Shown piece by piece: positions 19,516 through 30,092 of a stretch of DNA of 64,000 bases. A program made the translations under genes and the position numbers. Position 1 is the stretch's first letter. Every line of letters begins with the position of its first letter. The stretch is from positions 10,305 to 74,304 of the forward strand of contig DBFALE010000009.1 in NCBI GenBank assembly GCA_048230835.1, read 5' to 3'. The stretch is from Collinsella sp. GTDB taxonomy: Bacteria; Actinomycetota; Coriobacteriia; Coriobacteriales; Coriobacteriaceae. A model generated the notes under the pieces. That model was not told the origin of the DNA and did not search any database. It worked only from the letters and a program-made list of their open reading frames with translations.

Positions 19516-20268
19516 ATGAGCGAAACCAATAACTCGAACGAGGTCGTCGTCAGCATCAAGAACCTCCAGAAGGCCTTTGGCGATAACGTGGTCCTGCGCG
19601 ATATCGATCTGGATGTGCACAAGGGCGAGGTCGTCGTAGTTCTGGGTCCTTCGGGCTCGGGCAAGTCGACGATGCTTCGCTGCATCAATCGTCTGGAGCA
19701 TCCCACGAGCGGCTCGATTATCGTTGAGGGCGTGGATGTGTGCGCCAAGGGTGTCGACCTCAACAAAGTTCGCACGCACCTGGGCATGGTGTTTCAGCAG
19801 TTCAACCTGTTCCCGCACCTGTCGGTCAAAAAGAACGTCATGCTTGCGCAGCAAAAGGTGCTCAAGCGCAGCAAGGAAGAGGCCGAGAAGATTGCCATCG
19901 AGGAGCTGACCAAGGTCGGCCTGGCCGAGCGCATCGACTTTATGCCGAGTCAGCTTTCGGGCGGCCAGCAGCAGCGCGTCGCCATCGCCCGCGCCCTGTC
20001 GATGAACCCGCACGTCATGCTCTTTGACGAGGCCACGTCGGCGCTCGATCCCGAGCTTGTCCGCGACGTGTTGGGGGTCATGCGCGACCTGGCACGCGAC
20101 GGCATGACCATGATCGTCGTGACGCACGAGATGGGCTTTGCCCGCGACGTTGCCGACCGCGTTGTCTTTATGGACGGCGGCGTCATTGTGGAAGAGGGTA
20201 CGCCGAGCGAGGTCTTCGACCACCCCAAGAGCGAGCGCACCAAGGCGTTCTTGGGCAATATCTCGTAG
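19516..20268 (+). CDS. amino-acid ABC ATP-binding protein (GlnQ-like)
   Basis: [34 protein letters not shown]. Confidence 0.95.
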   Translation: MSETNNSNEVVVSIKNLQKAFGDNVVLRDIDLDVHKGEVVVVLGPSGSGKSTMLRCINRLEHPTSGSIIVEGVDVCAKGVDLNKVRTHLGMVFQQFNLFPHLSVKKNVMLAQQKVLKRSKEEAEKIAIEELTKVGLAERIDFMPSQLSGGQQQRVAIARALSMNPHVMLFDEATSALDPELVRDVLGVMRDLARDGMTMIVVTHEMGFARDVADRVVFMDGGVIVEEGTPSEVFDHPKSERTKAFLGNIS

Positions 20269-20291
20269 CCGGTTGATGTAACTGCCGTTAT

Positions 20292-20333
20292 AAAAGAGCG
20301 GGGGCTGGACTTGAATCCAGCCCCCGCTCTTTT
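20292..20333. terminator. bidirectional intrinsic terminator
   Basis: AAAAGAGCGGGGGCTGGA...TCCAGCCCCCGCTCTTTT between convergent genes. Confidence 0.9.
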
Positions 20334-20385
20334 GTAGGGATGAGGATGCGCTTTGATGCAGGCTCTTTTGGAGGCCCTGGGTTCG

Positions 20386-20805
20386 TTACGCGAGCTCGGC
20401 TCCGAGGGCCTTGCAAGCGGTCTCGCCCTCATCATCGGGCGCATCGTAGCAAATGACGGAATCGACGACGTTGACGCCTGCCTCATCGGCATCGGCCTTC
20501 CAGTTGTCCATCCACTCGCCCTCGGCCCACGAATAAGAGCCAAAGAGGACGACCTTCTTGTCACCGAGGGTCTCCTTGACCTCGTCCCACATAGGCTGGA
20601 ACTCGTCATACTCAAGCTCCTCGGAACCCATGGCGGGGCAGCCGAAGGCAATGGCGTCATAGTTGGCGGCCTTGTCGGCGGAGAAGTCGGCGCAGGAGAT
20701 GACCTCTGCCTCGGCGCCGGCACCGGTTGCGCCCTCGGCAACGAAGTTTGCCATGGCCTCGGTGTTGCCTGTACCGCTCCAGTAGACGACTGCGATCTTG
20801 CTCAT
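20386..20805 (-). CDS. short-chain flavodoxin
   Basis: YWSGTGNTEAMA, GCPAMGSEELE, FGSYSW. Confidence 0.95.
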   Translation of the reverse strand: MSKIAVVYWSGTGNTEAMANFVAEGATGAGAEAEVISCADFSADKAANYDAIAFGCPAMGSEELEYDEFQPMWDEVKETLGDKKVVLFGSYSWAEGEWMDNWKADADEAGVNVVDSVICYDAPDDEGETACKALGAELA

Positions 20806-20851
20806 ATGTTTTCCTTTCGGTTGCGCGGCGTGCGGCCGCGTTTTGTATGCT

Positions 20852-21556
20852 CTATCGGGTTGCCTGGACAAGTTGTTCCAGGGTGCAGCCCTGTTGATAG
20901 ATGTAGGTAAGGTATTGCGTGCATGCACGATAGGAATCGAAGGTCGTGAGCGCCTGCTCAACGTTTGTGTATACCTTCCATGCGCCAAAGACCTTATAGT
21001 TTTCGCCGTGCTGGACGATAAACTGATGGACATCTTCGTAGGGATAGCCCAAAAAATAGCCAATTTCGTGGGGGAACTCGCACATGCACCCCGTATCGCA
21101 GTGCCTATTTCGCGCTAGCGCGCAGACGCTGCCGTCATAGGCGCTCTCTGCGGCATTGCTGCTTGCCAGCGTGATGCGCGCGGCGAGATGCACCAGGGAT
21201 GCGGGCAGGTTGTGGACATCGTAACCTTCGGCGGCTAGCGCCGTCGTGGCACGGGGGTCGGAGAGGTATCGCATGAGGTCCGCAGGGCGATACACATAGA
21301 TGAGCGCTCCGCAGGGGCGCCAGACCAAAACGCTCATATGGATTCCGAGTGGCTGGAGCTCGCGGTTGCATTGGGCTATGACGGCGAGCAGGCGAGAGCG
21401 TCGCTCTTCGATATGGGCGGCGCCGGGTTTTCCGTTTTGGTTGGCGTAAACGCCGGGATAGGTAAAGAGCGAAGCCGGCTTGATACCTGCGAGCGTAGGG
21501 GAGCAGTTGCGCACGACAGCCGTTTGGTATGTTGGGATGTCAATGGTTCGAGTCAC
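20852..21556 (-). CDS. DUF3793 family protein
   Basis: CSPTLAGIKPASLF and FPHEIGYFLGYP; typical linkage to flavodoxin. Confidence 0.85.
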   Translation of the reverse strand: MTRTIDIPTYQTAVVRNCSPTLAGIKPASLFTYPGVYANQNGKPGAAHIEERRSRLLAVIAQCNRELQPLGIHMSVLVWRPCGALIYVYRPADLMRYLSDPRATTALAAEGYDVHNLPASLVHLAARITLASSNAAESAYDGSVCALARNRHCDTGCMCEFPHEIGYFLGYPYEDVHQFIVQHGENYKVFGAWKVYTNVEQALTTFDSYRACTQYLTYIYQQGCTLEQLVQATR

Positions 21557-21580
21557 GATGCTCCTTTCGGGTCCTCAGTT

Positions 21581-21596
21581 GTTAGCCTAGGAAAAC
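21581..21596. promoter_or_regulatory. possible DtxR/MntR-type metal-repressor site GTTAGCCTAGGAAAAC
   Basis: Imperfect palindrome (GTTAG-N6-CTAAC-like) upstream of the DUF3793-flavodoxin operon. Confidence 0.35.
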
Positions 21597-21731
21597 TTAT
21601 ACACGAAAGTAAGCCATGGTCAACAAAAAAGTTTGAAGAGGGAAACTAATTGACCGAACGGACACGATTTTGGGTTAAGATGAGGACACCCCATGGGGGT
21701 ATCTAGATAGTGCTACTTGAAAGGGGAACGC

Positions 21732-22115
21732 ATGAGCGACTTGCTCAACCCTGCGAATCTCATCGTGTTGGCCGTCATTGCCGTCGGCATGTTTTTTGGA
21801 CTGCGTCGCATTGTCGCTTCGACACACGGAAAGAGCTGCTGCAGCGATGGCGCGAGCGGTAAGAAGGCCAAAAAGGTTGTTGTGGTGGATACCGATGCAT
21901 CGCACTATCCCTATAGCGATGAGCTACTCATCGGCGGCATGAGCTGTGACGGCTGCGCTCAGAACGTAGCCAATGCCCTCAATGCGCTGGATGGCGTGTG
22001 GGCAACGGTGACGTATGCGGACCACACAGCGCGCGTGCGCTCCAAGCGGCCGATCGATCGCGGTGTCCTTGAGGCTGCCGTGAGAGATGCGGGTTACTAC
22101 GTCATGACGCTGTAG
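21732..22115 (+). CDS. membrane-anchored heavy-metal-associated (HMA) domain protein
   Basis: N-terminal TM, SCCS, GMSCDGC motif. Confidence 0.88.
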   Translation: MSDLLNPANLIVLAVIAVGMFFGLRRIVASTHGKSCCSDGASGKKAKKVVVVDTDASHYPYSDELLIGGMSCDGCAQNVANALNALDGVWATVTYADHTARVRSKRPIDRGVLEAAVRDAGYYVMTL

Positions 22116-22141
22116 GCCTTGCCTTGGATGCGCGTCCTTGT

Positions 22142-22567
22142 CTAGGCTCGTCCGCGTAGCTCGATGTCCTGGATGTCGTCGAAGTCGATGGCGATATCTT
22201 TGAGCTTGAGGAGTTTGAAAGCAGGGAGCGCCTCGTCGAGGATGCCGGTGCGGCTGCGATAGCCGTATGTATCGTAATAGGTGACACGAACCAAGTCGCC
22301 GCGCTTGAGGCCCTCGAGCTTTTTCGAAAGTTCGAGGGCTTTTTCTTCTGTGAGTTCGCATTTTGGCTCGGCGGTGATCTCTTGTTTACGCACGAGCTCG
22401 TAGTATCCCGTGAGGGCGGCAAAGGGCATAAACTGCGCGGCACGGCCGGCACGGACGGTGCCGTTGGCGGTGAGCCTGGGGTCGGCGGAGCGACGTCTTC
22501 CCTCGGGGTCCGCTAGGCGTTCAAAAGGTGTCGGTGGCCGCATCGGCTGTTGTTGCGACTTAGGCAC
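22142..22567 (-). CDS. YolD-like protein
   Basis: RAAQFMPFAALTGY motif; overlaps the polymerase stop. Confidence 0.85.
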   Translation of the reverse strand: MPKSQQQPMRPPTPFERLADPEGRRRSADPRLTANGTVRAGRAAQFMPFAALTGYYELVRKQEITAEPKCELTEEKALELSKKLEGLKRGDLVRVTYYDTYGYRSRTGILDEALPAFKLLKLKDIAIDFDDIQDIELRGRA

Positions 22568-24065
22568 GATGTCCTCCTACCTGATCGTTGCGTTCGCGCG
22601 CGGTGGCGCCGGCGGTAAAGCTCAGCCCCTTAACCAGCGCGTTCTTGCCGTATTTGCCTTTCACGGCCAGCACGGCGCGTGCCAGGTCGCGCTCGCGCTC
22701 ATCGGCCTCGATATCGCTGAACAGATCGATGGTGGCAAATTCCTCGGGCATGAGGTTGCCAAATCCCAGATTGATGCGCTTGACCGGTCGTTTGGGATCG
22801 ACAGTCTGCGCCCAGAGCTCATCGAAATAGCCCATGATCTTCTTGAACGAATTGGTACGCTCGGGCAGCTTTCGCGAGGCGTTGGAGTGCGCAAAGAGTG
22901 CGGCATAGCCACCGCGCGGTTTGCCGCCATGCTCTCCCACAAAGATGCCATCGATTGCCTGCGCTTCGCGCACCAGGCGACGCCGTTCGTCATCGCGCTG
23001 GACGGGCTTGGGCGCACGGGGCGCGAGCTCGGGGCCGGCGGTTGCGGTGGGTTCGATACTCGATGTGCTCGAGCGCAGGTGCCCGCATCCGTCCACATAC
23101 TGCGCTGTACCGCTGGCGTCGAGGCGGCGTATGTCGGCGCGTTCGCTCGCGTAGCCCACAAAGAGCGAGATGCTGTCGCAGACCACGTGCTTATCGACCA
23201 AGTCTAAAACGGCGTTGTCGACCATCTCGCGCAAGACGGTATAGGCCTGTTCGTAGGCATAACCCTTCGAGAGCACCTGTCCTGTGGTGGTCGAAGTTGC
23301 TTGCGGGCGATAGGCTTGGATATCGGCGATGGTTGTCGGCTCGCGCCCGAAGGCATGGTCGATGAGATATTCGGCATTGACGCCGAGCTCGTCGTAAAGC
23401 AGGTTTTCGTCGAGCGCCGCGACGCCCATCAGATCGTAGACGCCGTATTTCTCGAGGCGGGCTGCCACGCCGGGACCGATGCCCCAGATATCGGTGATGG
23501 GACGATGGGGCCAGATCTCCTTGCGAAAGGTCTCGTCGTCGAGTATGCCGATGCGGCTGGGTACGTGCTTGGCGGTAATGTCGAGCGCTACCTTGGCCTG
23601 GAATAGGTTGGGGCCGGTGCCGACCGTCGCCGTGATGCCGGTGCGCGCGAGGACCTCGTCGCGCAGCGTGCAGGCGAACCCTTCCGCATCGGTGTGATAG
23701 AGGTCCAGATAGGGCGTCACGTCGATAAAGCACTCGTCAATTGAGTAGACGTGAACGTCTTGCGGACTGACGTATTTCAGGTAGATACCGTAGATCTGCG
23801 CCGACACCTCCATGTAGTGCTGCATGCGCGGTACGGCCTTGATGTAGTCGATGCCATCGGGTATTTCGAACAGGCGACAGCGATTGTGAATCCCTAGGTC
23901 CTTCATGGCCTGCGTGATAGCGAGACAGATGGTCGTGCGTCCGCGCGATTCGTCGGCAACGACCAGGTTGGTGGTGAGCGGATCGAGCCCACGATCGACG
24001 CACTCGACGCTGGCATAAAACGTCTTGAGGTCGATACAGATGTAGGTGTGCTGCTCGTGCGCCAT
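22560..24065 (-). CDS. Y-family error-prone DNA polymerase (UmuC/UvrX-like)
   Basis: CIDLKTFYASVEC, YSIDECFID, WGIGPG, C-term RERNDQVGGHRA. Confidence 0.93.
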   Translation of the reverse strand: MAHEQHTYICIDLKTFYASVECVDRGLDPLTTNLVVADESRGRTTICLAITQAMKDLGIHNRCRLFEIPDGIDYIKAVPRMQHYMEVSAQIYGIYLKYVSPQDVHVYSIDECFIDVTPYLDLYHTDAEGFACTLRDEVLARTGITATVGTGPNLFQAKVALDITAKHVPSRIGILDDETFRKEIWPHRPITDIWGIGPGVAARLEKYGVYDLMGVAALDENLLYDELGVNAEYLIDHAFGREPTTIADIQAYRPQATSTTTGQVLSKGYAYEQAYTVLREMVDNAVLDLVDKHVVCDSISLFVGYASERADIRRLDASGTAQYVDGCGHLRSSTSSIEPTATAGPELAPRAPKPVQRDDERRRLVREAQAIDGIFVGEHGGKPRGGYAALFAHSNASRKLPERTNSFKKIMGYFDELWAQTVDPKRPVKRINLGFGNLMPEEFATIDLFSDIEADERERDLARAVLAVKGKYGKNALVKGLSFTAGATARERNDQVGGHRA

Positions 24066-24079
24066 CCGTGCCCTTTCAT

Positions 24080-24111
24080 CAAACACATGTTCTTATCGAA
24101 TACCTGTTCGA
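24080..24111. promoter_or_regulatory. two LexA (SOS) boxes
   Basis: AAAC-ACAT-GTTC (24081-24092) and TCGAAT-ACCT-GTTCGA (24096-24111) match Gram-positive GAAC-N4-GTTC. Confidence 0.8.
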
Positions 24112-24138
24112 TAATACCCGCTCGACCGGACACCGTCA

Positions 24139-24176
24139 AAACCTACCAAAAAGGGACAGGTTTTTTTGGTCGGTTT
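24139..24176. repeat. REP-like hairpin family B (loop AACCTGTCCC)
   Basis: AAACCTACCA-AAAAGGGACAGGTTTTTT-TGGTCGGTTT. Confidence 0.65.
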
Positions 24177-24235
24177 ACCGAGTGCTTACGGTGGGTCGGT
24201 AGCCTTAATGTGTTAAATACGCTGAGGGGGTATGG

Positions 24236-24859
24236 ATGACCATAGGTATGGGTGATCTTGCACTTTTGATACTGTTCGTGCTGTGCCTTGCGATCTTTGT
24301 TTACCTGCTGATCAAGGTCCTCAAAGGACGGGCTATAAAAATCGATGAGGTGGGATACTTGCTGCTTGTCGAGAGGCTTCGGTCGCCGGTGTTGACGGCC
24401 GCGATGAAAGCCGCCTCGAGTTTGGCGTCGCTGCCGTTTGTCGTCGGTGTGCTAGCCGCGGCGATGCTGTGGGCGCCCAATTGGGCCCATGTTGTCTGGG
24501 CCGCCTTCAATGTCGGTGCTATCAGCGCAATCGACCAGCTGTTAAAGGTCCTTGTGCGTCGACCTCGTCCACAGGGATTTCGGCTTGTCGAGGCACCGGG
24601 GCTGAGCTTCCCCTCGGGCCACTCGATGGCGGCCATGGCGTTTTATGGCTATGGCATATGGTTGGTGCGGTGTGGCGTGTGTGGCCTTCCGTTCGGCGCC
24701 GCCATCGAGGTTGCACTTGCGTGCGTCATCCTTGCGGTGGGTGTCAGCCGTGTCTATCTGGGCGTGCACTACGTTTCGGATGTGCTGGGCGGGTTTTGCC
24801 TGTCTTTTGTCTGGCTCATCCTGTTCGTGCGTCTTGGCCCTTGGATTTTGAACGCCTAA
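24236..24859 (+). CDS. PAP2 family membrane phosphatase
   Basis: KVLVRRPRP, SFPSGHS, SRVYLGVHYVSDV. Confidence 0.92.
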   Translation: MTIGMGDLALLILFVLCLAIFVYLLIKVLKGRAIKIDEVGYLLLVERLRSPVLTAAMKAASSLASLPFVVGVLAAAMLWAPNWAHVVWAAFNVGAISAIDQLLKVLVRRPRPQGFRLVEAPGLSFPSGHSMAAMAFYGYGIWLVRCGVCGLPFGAAIEVALACVILAVGVSRVYLGVHYVSDVLGGFCLSFVWLILFVRLGPWILNA

Positions 24860-24949
24860 TTGTCGCAACTGGACGCCATGTCGGATCGAATCTGATTTTA
24901 ACGCAGCCCTAAAGAGCGCGAAACAGCTCGGAAAAGCTCGCTTCGTAGC

Positions 24950-25525
24950 ATGAGCCTAACGATCGATACCACCATAAAGCACGGAAGGGTTGTGGGGACA
25001 ATGGTCAACTATGGGTTTGGTATGCCGACGCGCTTGGTTGCGGATGGGGATGTGGCTCGCTGGTGCGGACGATTGGTTGCCCACTATGGCGGCACCAAGG
25101 CACTGGTCGTGCTGGGAGGCGACAAGCACACGCGTGATGAGCTTGTTTCGGCGGCGCTGGGCTCGCTCGATCGCGCCCTGCTCGAACGCATACTCTTTCG
25201 TTGCGGCTTGGTCGGGGGCGACGGGGGAGACGATTTGGTCGATGAGGCCGTAGCCCTGGCCACCGATGAGGGCGTGGACTTTGTCCTGGCGATCGGCGAT
25301 GCCGATACGGCGAGCTTTGTGCGCGAACTCGCTCGTCGCATGGCCGTGCTCGATGCCGGCGAGGACGGCTTTGTTCCCTACGGATGTATCGTCTCCGAGG
25401 GAAAAGTGCCCGCCGTTGTGGGTGCCGGCGAGGTTCCCGTTTTTGCCATTATCGCACCCGAGCTGTTGGAGGGCATCGGCTCTCCCTTGCGCGAGCTGCT
25501 CGGCAGCGTATGCGCCGCGGCATAA
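24950..25525 (+). CDS. truncated/degenerate iron-containing alcohol dehydrogenase-like protein
   Basis: MPTRLV, GVDFVLAIG, PVFAIIAPEL resemble Fe-ADH N-domain; GGGS motif and C-terminal His ligands absent. Confidence 0.55.
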   Translation: MSLTIDTTIKHGRVVGTMVNYGFGMPTRLVADGDVARWCGRLVAHYGGTKALVVLGGDKHTRDELVSAALGSLDRALLERILFRCGLVGGDGGDDLVDEAVALATDEGVDFVLAIGDADTASFVRELARRMAVLDAGEDGFVPYGCIVSEGKVPAVVGAGEVPVFAIIAPELLEGIGSPLRELLGSVCAAA

Positions 25526-25526
25526 T

Positions 25527-25607
25527 GGCCCGCCAGGAAGGGGCAGGTAAATTATGGTAGGTAAAGTGTTTGACCTGCCAAAATAAACCTGCCTTTTTTG
25601 GTCGGTC
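25527..25607. repeat. REP-like family B, inverted pair
   Basis: AAGGGGCAGGTAAATTATGGTAGGT...ACCTGCCAAAATAAACCTGCCTTTT. Confidence 0.6.
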
Positions 25608-25724
25608 GCCGTTCGGGGGCCGATTGGCAACGCTCGCTGATTACGGTCTTGACCTGCGTTAGAATAGGGGCATCTGATTATCCGGGCGCATGGAGGAATG
25701 CGCCCGTATGCTGAGGAGGACTTT

Positions 25725-27419
25725 ATGGCAACTGTTGCCGCACCTATCGACGCTACGTCGACCGCCGCTTGGAAGGCGCTCGAGGCCCATCAGGAGAAGC
25801 TCGAGGCCGAGGGCATCGACCTCAAGGCCTGGTTCGCTGCTGACGCCGACCGCGTGAATAAGTTGAGCTTTGACGCCGGCGACCTGCACTTCGATCTGTC
25901 CAAGAACCTGGTGACCGATGAGACCGTCAAGCTGCTGTGCGATCTTGCCCGCGAGGTGAAGCTCGAGGAGCGCCGCGACGCCATGTTCTCCGGCGAGCAC
26001 ATCAACACCACCGAGGACCGCGCTGTTCTGCACACCGCACTTCGCCGTCCGGCAAGCGAGAAAGGCCAGCTCATCGTTGACGGCCAGGATGTCGTCGCCG
26101 ACGTGCACGAGGTCCTCGACCGCATGTATGCCTTCGCTGAGCGCGTGCGCTCCGGTGAGTGGAAGGGCGTAACTGGTAAGAAGATCGAGCACCTGGTGTC
26201 CATCGGCATCGGTGGCTCCGATCTGGGCCCGGTCATGGCTTACGAGGCTCTGCGCCCCTATGCCGACGCCGGTATCGACTGCCGCTATATCTCCAACATC
26301 GACCCCAACGACCAGGCCGAGAAGCTCCGCGGTCTGGACCCCGAGACCACGCTCGTGATCATCGTCTCCAAGACCTTCACCACGCTCGAGACCCTCACCA
26401 ACGCTCGCGAGGTCAAGACCTGGATGCTCGAGCAGCTCAAGGCTCAGGGTGCCATCGACGGCTCCGAGGAGCAGAACGCCGAGGCCGTGGCAAAGCACTT
26501 CGTCGCCGTTTCCACCGCACTCGAGAAGGTCGAGGCCTTCGGTATCGACCCCGCCAACGCCTTCGGCTTCTGGAGCTGGGTCGGCGGCCGCTACTCCGTC
26601 GACTCCGCCGTGGGCCTGTCGCTGATCGTCGTGTTCGGCCCCGAGCGCTTCCAGCAGTTCCTCGAGGGCTTCCATGCCATCGATGAGTACTTCTGCAGCA
26701 CGCCGCTCGAGAACAACGCCGTCGCGCTGATGGGCCTGCTCAACGTCTGGTACGTCAACTTCTTCGGTTCCAAGAGCCACGCCGTGCTTCCGTACTGCCA
26801 GTATCTGCACCGCTTCCCGGCCTACCTGCAGCAGCTCACCATGGAGTCCAACGGCAAGCACGTCCGCTGGGACGGCAGCGCTGTGACCTCCGATACCGGT
26901 GAGATCTTCTGGGGTGAGCCCGGCACCAACGGCCAGCATGCCTTCTATCAGCTGCTGCACCAGGGCACTGTGGTGGTTCCGGCCGACTTTATCGCCTTCG
27001 CCAACACTGCTAACCCCGCAACCGACAGCGGCCAGGATGTCCACGAGCTGTTCCTGGGCAACTTCCTGGCCCAGACCAAGGCGCTCGCCTTTGGTAAGAC
27101 GGCCGACGAGGTTCGTGCCGAGGGCACGCCCGAGCAGATCGTCCCGGCCCGTTGCTTTGAGGGCAACCGCCCGACGACCTCGATCTTCGGCGACACGCTA
27201 ACCCCGTTTGCGCTCGGCGAGCTCATCGCCCTGTACGAGCACATCACGTTTGTCGAGGGCACGGTCTGGGGCATCGACTCCTACGACCAGTGGGGCGTTG
27301 AGCTGGGCAAGCAGCTTGCCAAGCAGATTACCCCGGCCTTCCACGACGACGCCGCAAAGGCCGAGCAGGACGCTTCGACCCAGGCGCTCATTGAGTTCTA
27401 CCGCGCTCACCGCAAGTAG
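25725..27419 (+). CDS. pgi: glucose-6-phosphate isomerase
   Basis: [40 protein letters not shown]. Confidence 0.98.
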   Translation: MATVAAPIDATSTAAWKALEAHQEKLEAEGIDLKAWFAADADRVNKLSFDAGDLHFDLSKNLVTDETVKLLCDLAREVKLEERRDAMFSGEHINTTEDRAVLHTALRRPASEKGQLIVDGQDVVADVHEVLDRMYAFAERVRSGEWKGVTGKKIEHLVSIGIGGSDLGPVMAYEALRPYADAGIDCRYISNIDPNDQAEKLRGLDPETTLVIIVSKTFTTLETLTNAREVKTWMLEQLKAQGAIDGSEEQNAEAVAKHFVAVSTALEKVEAFGIDPANAFGFWSWVGGRYSVDSAVGLSLIVVFGPERFQQFLEGFHAIDEYFCSTPLENNAVALMGLLNVWYVNFFGSKSHAVLPYCQYLHRFPAYLQQLTMESNGKHVRWDGSAVTSDTGEIFWGEPGTNGQHAFYQLLHQGTVVVPADFIAFANTANPATDSGQDVHELFLGNFLAQTKALAFGKTADEVRAEGTPEQIVPARCFEGNRPTTSIFGDTLTPFALGELIALYEHITFVEGTVWGIDSYDQWGVELGKQLAKQITPAFHDDAAKAEQDASTQALIEFYRAHRK

Positions 27420-27450
27420 GATTCGCTGCGAAAACTAACGCATAGCCGAC

Positions 27451-27484
27451 AAGGGCCCGTATCCGTTGGGATGCGGGCCCTTTG
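27451..27484 (+). terminator. intrinsic terminator after pgi
   Basis: AAGGGCCCGTATCC...GGATGCGGGCCCTTT. Confidence 0.75.
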
Positions 27485-27656
27485 CTATTTGGATAGGATG
27501 GAATGTATCGGGAGGCGCCTCGACGGGCATCGCAATCGTCGAAGGCGCGCCGTTCATGTTTGGGACAATATGACATTTTTCCCGTTGCAAACAGAGGCGT
27601 GGCGGGCATTCTGTATGATGACTCAGACAAGGTTGCTTAATGACAGGGAGGCATAT

Positions 27657-28499
27657 ATGGCAATCAAGGCCATCGCAATGGATATCGACGGTACGCTCAC
27701 CAATGACCAGAAGGTCATTAGCCCGCGCACACGTGAGAAACTGCTCGCAGCGCAGGAGTCGGGCATTAAGCTCATTTTGGCCTCGGGCCGTCCCGCGTGG
27801 GGCCTTCATGCCCTGGCGCAGGAGCTCGATCTTCAGAGCCACGATGGTCTGCTGGTGGCCTTTAACGGTGCGCACGTGGTCGATGCTCAGACCGACGAGG
27901 TGCTGTTCGACCAGGCCATGCCGGTCGACGAGTTGCATCGCTTGCTCGACCATCTGCGTAACTTTGACGTGATCCCCATGATTTCGCTCGGCCGCGATCT
28001 GCATGTCGTGGACTCGTATCGCTGCATGATCACGCTGCCCGACGGCTCGCAGAAGAACATTGTCAAATATGAGCGAGACGCATGCGACCTTAAAATCCGC
28101 GAGGTCGAGAGCCTTCATGAGGTTGCGGATACCCATCCGGTGGACAAGCTGCTCACCGCGGGCGATCCGGCCTATCTGCAGGCGCATCACGAGGAGATGT
28201 ATGCACCCTTTACCGAAACGCTTTCGGGCATGTTTACGGCCGACTGGTACTTTGAGTTTACGGCGCCCGGTATCGATAAGGCGCGTGCGCTGCGGGGCGC
28301 TCTGCCCAAGCTAGGCATTGATGCCAGCGAGGTCGTATCGTTTGGCGATGGTCAGAATGACAAGTCCATGATCGAGTGGGCCGGCATCGGTGTTGCTATG
28401 GGTAATGCCATCGATGAGGTCAAGGCCGTGGCTCAGATGGTGACCGCGAATAATAACGAAGACGGCATCGCGGTGGCACTTGATCAGTTACTGGGCTAG
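27657..28499 (+). CDS. Cof-type HAD phosphatase
   Basis: MDIDGTL, ASGRP, FGDGQNDKSM, NNEDGIA. Confidence 0.93.
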   Translation: MAIKAIAMDIDGTLTNDQKVISPRTREKLLAAQESGIKLILASGRPAWGLHALAQELDLQSHDGLLVAFNGAHVVDAQTDEVLFDQAMPVDELHRLLDHLRNFDVIPMISLGRDLHVVDSYRCMITLPDGSQKNIVKYERDACDLKIREVESLHEVADTHPVDKLLTAGDPAYLQAHHEEMYAPFTETLSGMFTADWYFEFTAPGIDKARALRGALPKLGIDASEVVSFGDGQNDKSMIEWAGIGVAMGNAIDEVKAVAQMVTANNNEDGIAVALDQLLG

Positions 28500-28562
28500 A
28501 ATCGCCGATAGTGCATGGTTCGGGCGTCTGCTTGCAGGCGCCCTTTTGTTAGGGAGGGTGCC

Positions 28563-29222
28563 GTGTCCGTATTTCCGTTCGACGCCGTTATCTTTGACAT
28601 GGACGGCGTCATCGTCGATACCGAGTATTACTACCTGGGGGAGACCGCTGCGTTTGCCAAAGAGCTTGGGCTGAACCTGAGCCAAGAAGATCTGAACGCG
28701 CAGGTCGGTGCCTCACACCAGTTCTTTTTGCATATGCTGGTCGATTGGTTTGAGCGCGCCGGAAAGGGGCACTTTACCGGCGAGGAGGCACTTGCCCGCT
28801 GGGACGAGTGGGCACATAAGCGCCCGCGCGATTATCAGGCCCTGATTAATCCTGGCGCTGTGGAGACGATTCGCGAGCTCCCGCGTCGCGGCGTACGCGT
28901 GGCGCTGGCCAGCTCATCTTCCATGAATAGCATCGTGGAGGTGCTTGGCGCGTGCGGCCTGTCGGATGCCTTTGAGTACGTGGTGAGCGGCGAACAGTTT
29001 AAGGAGAGCAAGCCCGAGCCCGATATCTACCTACATGCGTTGGATCTGCTGGGGCTGCCCGCGGACCGCTGCTGCTGCGTTGAGGACTCGGTACCCGGCA
29101 TCACTGCCGGCAAGCGAGCCGGTCTGACAGTCATTGCCAAGCGTGAGGAGCGCTTTGGCTTTAGCCAGGATGCCGCGGACAAGATTATCGACCAACTGCC
29201 GGAGCTGCTCACGCTTTCTTAG
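28563..29222 (+). CDS. HAD family phosphatase (beta-PGM-like)
   Basis: FDMDGVIVDTE, KPEPDIY, VEDSVPG. Confidence 0.92.
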   Translation: MSVFPFDAVIFDMDGVIVDTEYYYLGETAAFAKELGLNLSQEDLNAQVGASHQFFLHMLVDWFERAGKGHFTGEEALARWDEWAHKRPRDYQALINPGAVETIRELPRRGVRVALASSSSMNSIVEVLGACGLSDAFEYVVSGEQFKESKPEPDIYLHALDLLGLPADRCCCVEDSVPGITAGKRAGLTVIAKREERFGFSQDAADKIIDQLPELLTLS

Positions 29223-29300
29223 GAGCGCGGTAGTTGCGCGTTTTTCGGGTCTGATGAGTAAATGCCCGGCATTTTGGTGCGGCAACAAGCATACTTTATG

Positions 29301-29347
29301 CTAAAGCGGGCTCAAGGGCTTGTTGAATGCCCTTGAGCCCGCTTTAG
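29301..29347. other. perfect 19-bp stem-loop upstream of GntR gene (terminator or leader hairpin)
   Basis: CTAAAGCGGGCTCAAGGGC-N9-GCCCTTGAGCCCGCTTTAG. Confidence 0.7.
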
Positions 29348-29372
29348 ACTTAATTGTGCTGGGAGAGGGTAT

Positions 29373-30092
29373 ATGCCACCGACTGAAGGGCTAACTGACG
29401 GTAAAGCAGCGATACCGCTGTACCAACAGGTTATCGATATCATTAAAAACGAAATTAATTCCGGCGCCTATAAGGCAGGCATGCGGATACCCAACGAATT
29501 CGAATTGGCTGAGAGCTATAAAGTTGGCCGCGTTACCGTGCGACGCGCTATTGAGGAGCTCGTCCAGCAGGGCTATCTAACGAAGCGACAGGGGAAAGGT
29601 ACGTTTGTCAATGCCCCCAAGCTCAAGCGCAAGATTCGCCAGAAGGATGACGTCCAGAGTTTTTCGGACGCATGCCGCGTTAACGGAATGGAACCGGGGG
29701 CGCGTGTCATTTCGAGAAAGATACTGCCGGCGGATTCCACCGAAGCGCAGTTCTTTGGTGTTCCCGTTGGAACTGACCTGATTTGCGTTGAGCGCGTACG
29801 TACTGCCGATGGCGTCCCTGTCATGCTTGAGAACAACATATACGTTTACGAGGACAACGCCTATCTATCAACGGCACCTCTATCTAACCAATCCATTTTT
29901 GAGTTCGTGCGCAACCGGACGGGCCGCACGCCCGCGTTTACCGACCCGTGCACGCTCGAGATCGCGTGCGCAACGCCCGAGGTCGCTCGGCTGTTGGCAG
30001 TTCCCGTTGGCGAACCCTTGTTTTATATGGAAGCCTTCTTTTTCGATGAGCAGCGGCGGCCGTTTATCATCGGTCGTCAGCGGATCGTTTGA
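29373..30092 (+). CDS. GntR/HutC-family regulator (FrlR-like), probably C-terminally truncated by a nonsense codon
   Basis: PLYQQV..IPNEFEL..VGRVTVRRA..QGKGTFV + UTRA; in-frame SRYVFDI* continues to 30116. Confidence 0.88.
   Translation: MPPTEGLTDGKAAIPLYQQVIDIIKNEINSGAYKAGMRIPNEFELAESYKVGRVTVRRAIEELVQQGYLTKRQGKGTFVNAPKLKRKIRQKDDVQSFSDACRVNGMEPGARVISRKILPADSTEAQFFGVPVGTDLICVERVRTADGVPVMLENNIYVYEDNAYLSTAPLSNQSIFEFVRNRTGRTPAFTDPCTLEIACATPEVARLLAVPVGEPLFYMEAFFFDEQRRPFIIGRQRIV

Noticed and set aside
30090..30092. TGA in the GntR gene as selenocysteine
   Set aside because: The position corresponds to a Gly in UTRA domains, not a Cys, and no SECIS-like hairpin is evident.
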